This document shows, piece after piece, positions 35,084 to 38,137 of a DNA stretch of 38,137 nt. A program made the translations under genes and the position numbers. Where the stretch lies: IMG/VR virus record IMGVR_UViG_3300037424_000885, positions 1-38,137 of that record; one strand, 5' to 3'. The notes beneath the pieces are model-generated. The model was not told the origin of the DNA, made no database searches, and saw nothing but the letters and a program-made list of their open reading frames with translations. The stretch comes from a virus. Taxonomy: Duplodnaviria > Caudoviricetes. The stretch's first letter is position 1. Every line of letters starts with the position of its first letter.

Positions 35084-36384
35084 AGGCCGAGAGGGCCATT
35101 TTAGGAACGTGTCTCTACGGGACAGAGCATATTTACACTGTGCTTGATAGTATTACTCCTGACAGTTTTTACAATAATATCAACAGGATTATCTTTGAAA
35201 GTATAGCGACCCTTGCGACAAGGGGCGAAAATGTAGATATCGTCACTGTTGCTAACAAACTGTCAGAAAAAGGGGCATTAGATAAAATCGGAGGGATACC
35301 GTATTTATCTTCTTTAACCTCTGATATAATGCCAGGATTTGTGTCGGATTATTGTGGAATAGTTCGCGCTAAAGCTATGTTGCGGCACATAATCGCGTCA
35401 AGCAACAATATTTTACTAAAAGCCTATAAAGGGTGTGCTGAAAATGATTTGGTGTCTGAAATCAGCAAGTTAGCGATGTCATTTGGTACACGCGAAAAAG
35501 AAAAGTCTGCGTCGACAAAGGATTTGATTCCAGCAGCTATAAAAAAAATTAAAGAATATCAGGATTCTGAGAGGGTGTTCGGCATCCCTTCAGGACTGGA
35601 AGATTTAGATGCGCACACTGGCGGGTTTAAAGCCAGCAACTACATTGTAATTGCAGGTAGGCCTGGAATGGGAAAAACATCCCTTGCTTTGAATATCATT
35701 CTTGCTGCTGGAGCAGGCAACAAGAGATGTTTGTTTTTTTCGCTTGAGATGAAAAAAGAAAGCCTTGCTGAACGAATGCTATCAAGTGATTCTGGTGTGT
35801 CAAGTAGGGCCATGGAGAGGGGTTTTCTAAATAAAAACGATTGGATAAAGATAACCGCTGCTGCAAAAAAAATAAGAGAATACGATATTACAGTCGATGA
35901 TTCCACCGCGCTTTCTGTAGCTGACATAACAAACAGGGCAAAAAGACACGCTATAACGAAACCTGTTGATTTAGTGGTTGTTGATTATATCCAGCTTATC
36001 AGATCAACCGGCGGGCAAAATAGACACCTAGAAATCGAAAAAATATCTGCTGGATTACTAGCTCTATGTAAAGATATTGATGCCGCTGTTATAATATTGT
36101 CGCAACTTAACAGGAAGTGTGAAGACAGAACTAATAAGCGGCCTTTGCCCTCAGACTTAAAAGAGTCTGGGTCGCTTGAAGAAAACGCACATATCGTGAT
36201 GTTGCTTTATCGCGATGAGGTGTACAACACATCACCAGATAATCCTGAGAAAGGGGTTGCCGAAATAATCATTGCTAAGGGGCGTGATATTGGGCAGAGG
36301 ACAATAAGAACAGCATTCATAGGAGAGATTACCGGTTTTCGAAATCTCACGGATAATGGTTACAGAAATAATAATCAAGAATGA
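35041..36384 (+). CDS. dnaB: replicative DNA helicase
   Basis: IPPHDLEAERAILG, AGRPGMGKT, VDYIQL, LSQLNR and SDLKESGSLE motifs. Start 35041 or 35014. Confidence 0.95.
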   Translation: MQDVQFRRIPPHDLEAERAILGTCLYGTEHIYTVLDSITPDSFYNNINRIIFESIATLATRGENVDIVTVANKLSEKGALDKIGGIPYLSSLTSDIMPGFVSDYCGIVRAKAMLRHIIASSNNILLKAYKGCAENDLVSEISKLAMSFGTREKEKSASTKDLIPAAIKKIKEYQDSERVFGIPSGLEDLDAHTGGFKASNYIVIAGRPGMGKTSLALNIILAAGAGNKRCLFFSLEMKKESLAERMLSSDSGVSSRAMERGFLNKNDWIKITAAAKKIREYDITVDDSTALSVADITNRAKRHAITKPVDLVVVDYIQLIRSTGGQNRHLEIEKISAGLLALCKDIDAAVIILSQLNRKCEDRTNKRPLPSDLKESGSLEENAHIVMLLYRDEVYNTSPDNPEKGVAEIIIAKGRDIGQRTIRTAFIGEITGFRNLTDNGYRNNNQE

Positions 36385-36832
36385 ACAAGATATTAACAGG
36401 GCCTGTTATATTTTAGAAAAAGGGCCGATGGTACCGACCCGTGTCGTTACAATAAAAGACTATGTTATTGACAGGTCAATAGCACAAAACCGGCTTGCGT
36501 TTCGATGGTATAGTGACGCCAGTAGCCAACTTAGAGACGGAGTAAATCACAGATCTTTTTGTAAACTTCATTTCGGCATAGCAATTATAAAAAATGGGAC
36601 GAGTAAACTCTCTGAAAAATTCAGGATCCAGTATGACTGGATAATAAAACCATTGGAGTATGAGCAGAAGATGGCACTTATGGAAGAACCTATAAATTTT
36701 CCCGTCACGTCACTGTTCAACACTAAACAATTTTCTGAATACTTAGACACTATGCAGAAACATTATGCCAATATCGGAGTCGTGTTACGTAAAGGAGACG
36801 ACCTATTTAATGAAGCAATGGGCAGATATTAG
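36356..36832 (+). CDS. NinB-like recombination protein
   Basis: RSIAQNRL..W, CKLHFG and TSLFNTKQFSEYL motifs. Position after the replication genes. Confidence 0.7.
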   Translation: MVTEIIIKNEQDINRACYILEKGPMVPTRVVTIKDYVIDRSIAQNRLAFRWYSDASSQLRDGVNHRSFCKLHFGIAIIKNGTSKLSEKFRIQYDWIIKPLEYEQKMALMEEPINFPVTSLFNTKQFSEYLDTMQKHYANIGVVLRKGDDLFNEAMGRY

Positions 36833-36856
36833 TGCCGGAAAAAAGGAGGACATTTT

Positions 36857-37384
36857 ATGATTGAGGTTACATATCCTTGGTTCCCGAAAGAACTAAACCC
36901 CAATACTCGTTGCCACTGGGCAGTGAAAAGTAATGCTGCAAAAGCATACAGGAAAACTGGAAAGTTAATAACACAGTCCGTTTTTGCAAAAAATCAGGTT
37001 GTTTTTGGCCAAATAAAAATACATTTATTCATTGATTTTTATCCGCCAGATAGAAGGCGGCGTGACGACGATAACTGTTACAGCGCGATAAAAAGCCTTC
37101 GCGACGGAATCTCCGACGCCCTTGGTGTCAACGACACCAATTTTGTTGGGCACCCTCTTTTAAAGGATGAAACTGTCAAGGGTGGAAAAATAAAAATAAG
37201 GTTTCGCTACAATTCAGGCGCTGCTACTAGTTACGCTCGTGTTTTATTGCTTTGCTCTTATTGTGATGAATGCGCAGATGACTACCCATGCGAGGATTGT
37301 TTACAACTGTGTAGTCTTGCCATTGTCCCTAAAAATACAATAAATGTTTTAGGAAATTTTGGTGTTATGAAAGAGCAGTCATAA
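36857..37384 (+). CDS. RusA-like Holliday junction resolvase with Cys-rich C-terminal extension
   Basis: LNPN, FYPPDRRRRDDDN and DGISDALGVND motifs. Confidence 0.8.
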   Translation: MIEVTYPWFPKELNPNTRCHWAVKSNAAKAYRKTGKLITQSVFAKNQVVFGQIKIHLFIDFYPPDRRRRDDDNCYSAIKSLRDGISDALGVNDTNFVGHPLLKDETVKGGKIKIRFRYNSGAATSYARVLLLCSYCDECADDYPCEDCLQLCSLAIVPKNTINVLGNFGVMKEQS

Positions 37385-37470
37385 GACCCACTGGGGCAGA
37401 TTGTTGTATTGTTTTTTTAAAAAAAATTTAACTATTTGCTTTTTTTAAAAATATCTATGGAGAATGAGCA

Positions 37471-38137
37471 ATGAAAAACACTGAAATTGCATTAGTACCA
37501 GGAACTGTTGATGCCGTTGCCGTATTCACGGGAGAAAGGCTAGATGATTTTCTTGACAGAATAAAGGCTGAAACTGAAAAACTTAATCCAGATACCACCA
37601 CCGCCAAAGGGAGAAAAGAAATTGCTTCGCTGGCGTACAAGGTGGCGCAAAGCAAGACCGCATTAGATAGACTTGGTAAAGATTTAGTGTGGGATTGGAA
37701 AACAAAAGCCGCCAAGGTTGATATATCGCGCCGTAAATTGAGAGAGTTTTTGGATAATTTGAGGGATGAAGTCCGCAAACCGTTGACTGAATGGGAAGCG
37801 GAAGAAGAGGCAAAAATCAAGGCAGAAGCCGAAGCAGCGGAATACTCGGCGGCATGGGATGAAGCACACACCCTGCATGAAATATTTTTAAGGGTGCAGG
37901 CCATAGCCAAAAAGGAAGCAGAACTAGCAAGAGTTGAGGCCGAAGCAAAAGATAAGGCCGAAGCTGAAGCGGCAGAGCGTGCCCGTATTGCCCGTGAAGA
38001 AGAAATAAAAGCGGCGGCAGAAGCAAAGGCTAAGGCTGAAGCTGATGAGGCAATTGCGAAGGCCGAAAGAGAAAGGATAGCCGCAGAAGAACGCGCAAAA
38101 ATCATAGCAGAACAGGTCGAACAGGATCGTATAGCTG
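37471..38137 (+). CDS. phage coiled-coil protein (truncated by window edge; missing from ORF track)
   Basis: ATG 37471 after GGAG. MKNTEIALVP...TAKGRKEIASLAYKVAQSKT...VRKPLTEWE, then Ala/Glu/Arg-rich coiled coil, open to the end of the window. Confidence 0.8.
   Translation, partial: MKNTEIALVPGTVDAVAVFTGERLDDFLDRIKAETEKLNPDTTTAKGRKEIASLAYKVAQSKTALDRLGKDLVWDWKTKAAKVDISRRKLREFLDNLRDEVRKPLTEWEAEEEAKIKAEAEAAEYSAAWDEAHTLHEIFLRVQAIAKKEAELARVEAEAKDKAEAEAAERARIAREEEIKAAAEAKAKAEADEAIAKAERERIAAEERAKIIAEQVEQDRIA

Noticed and set aside
37455-38105. 216-aa minus-strand Ala/Ser-rich ORF, and a TolA call for the plus-strand gene
   Set aside because: The minus ORF is the shadow of the plus-strand coiled-coil gene. 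TolA similarity would be compositional only, with no membrane anchor.
1-38137. Integrase, DNA polymerase, reverse transcriptase/DGR, tRNA genes, alternative genetic code
   Set aside because: No corresponding motifs found by eye. Core genes are intact in the standard code. Such genes may lie outside the window.

Overview
The window is part of a tailed dsDNA phage genome, most likely podovirus-like. No integrase, host genes, rRNA, tRNA or CRISPR array are visible. A minus-strand morphogenesis operon (29611->6582) encodes a lipoprotein, TerS, a papain-like amidase, TerL, portal, a pesticin-type muramidase, scaffold, capsid, tail proteins and ejection proteins. Plus-strand early/middle genes flank it. 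The left side (1-6450) has a divergent ThyA-fold protein, a DUF3987-like P-loop ATPase and many small ORFs. The right side (30041-38137) has a lambdoid module: RecT, YqaJ exonuclease, SSB, an iteron-containing initiator, DnaB, NinB-like and RusA-like genes. The main observation is at about 4930-6450: an array of small ORFs separated by hairpins with integron attC geometry, lying INVERTED relative to the ORFs. Stop codons fall in the R boxes and some start codons fall inside the hairpin loops. The array ends in a simple inverted-repeat site that recurs at 121-140. This suggests an integrase-less, phage-borne gene-cassette system. Other signals: a sigma-54 promoter divergent from a sigma-70 late promoter, two origin-like elements, a c4/CI-like structured leader that could occlude the initiator RBS, and an apparently split tail-nozzle gene. 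All protein calls come from motif recognition and synteny, not from database searches.
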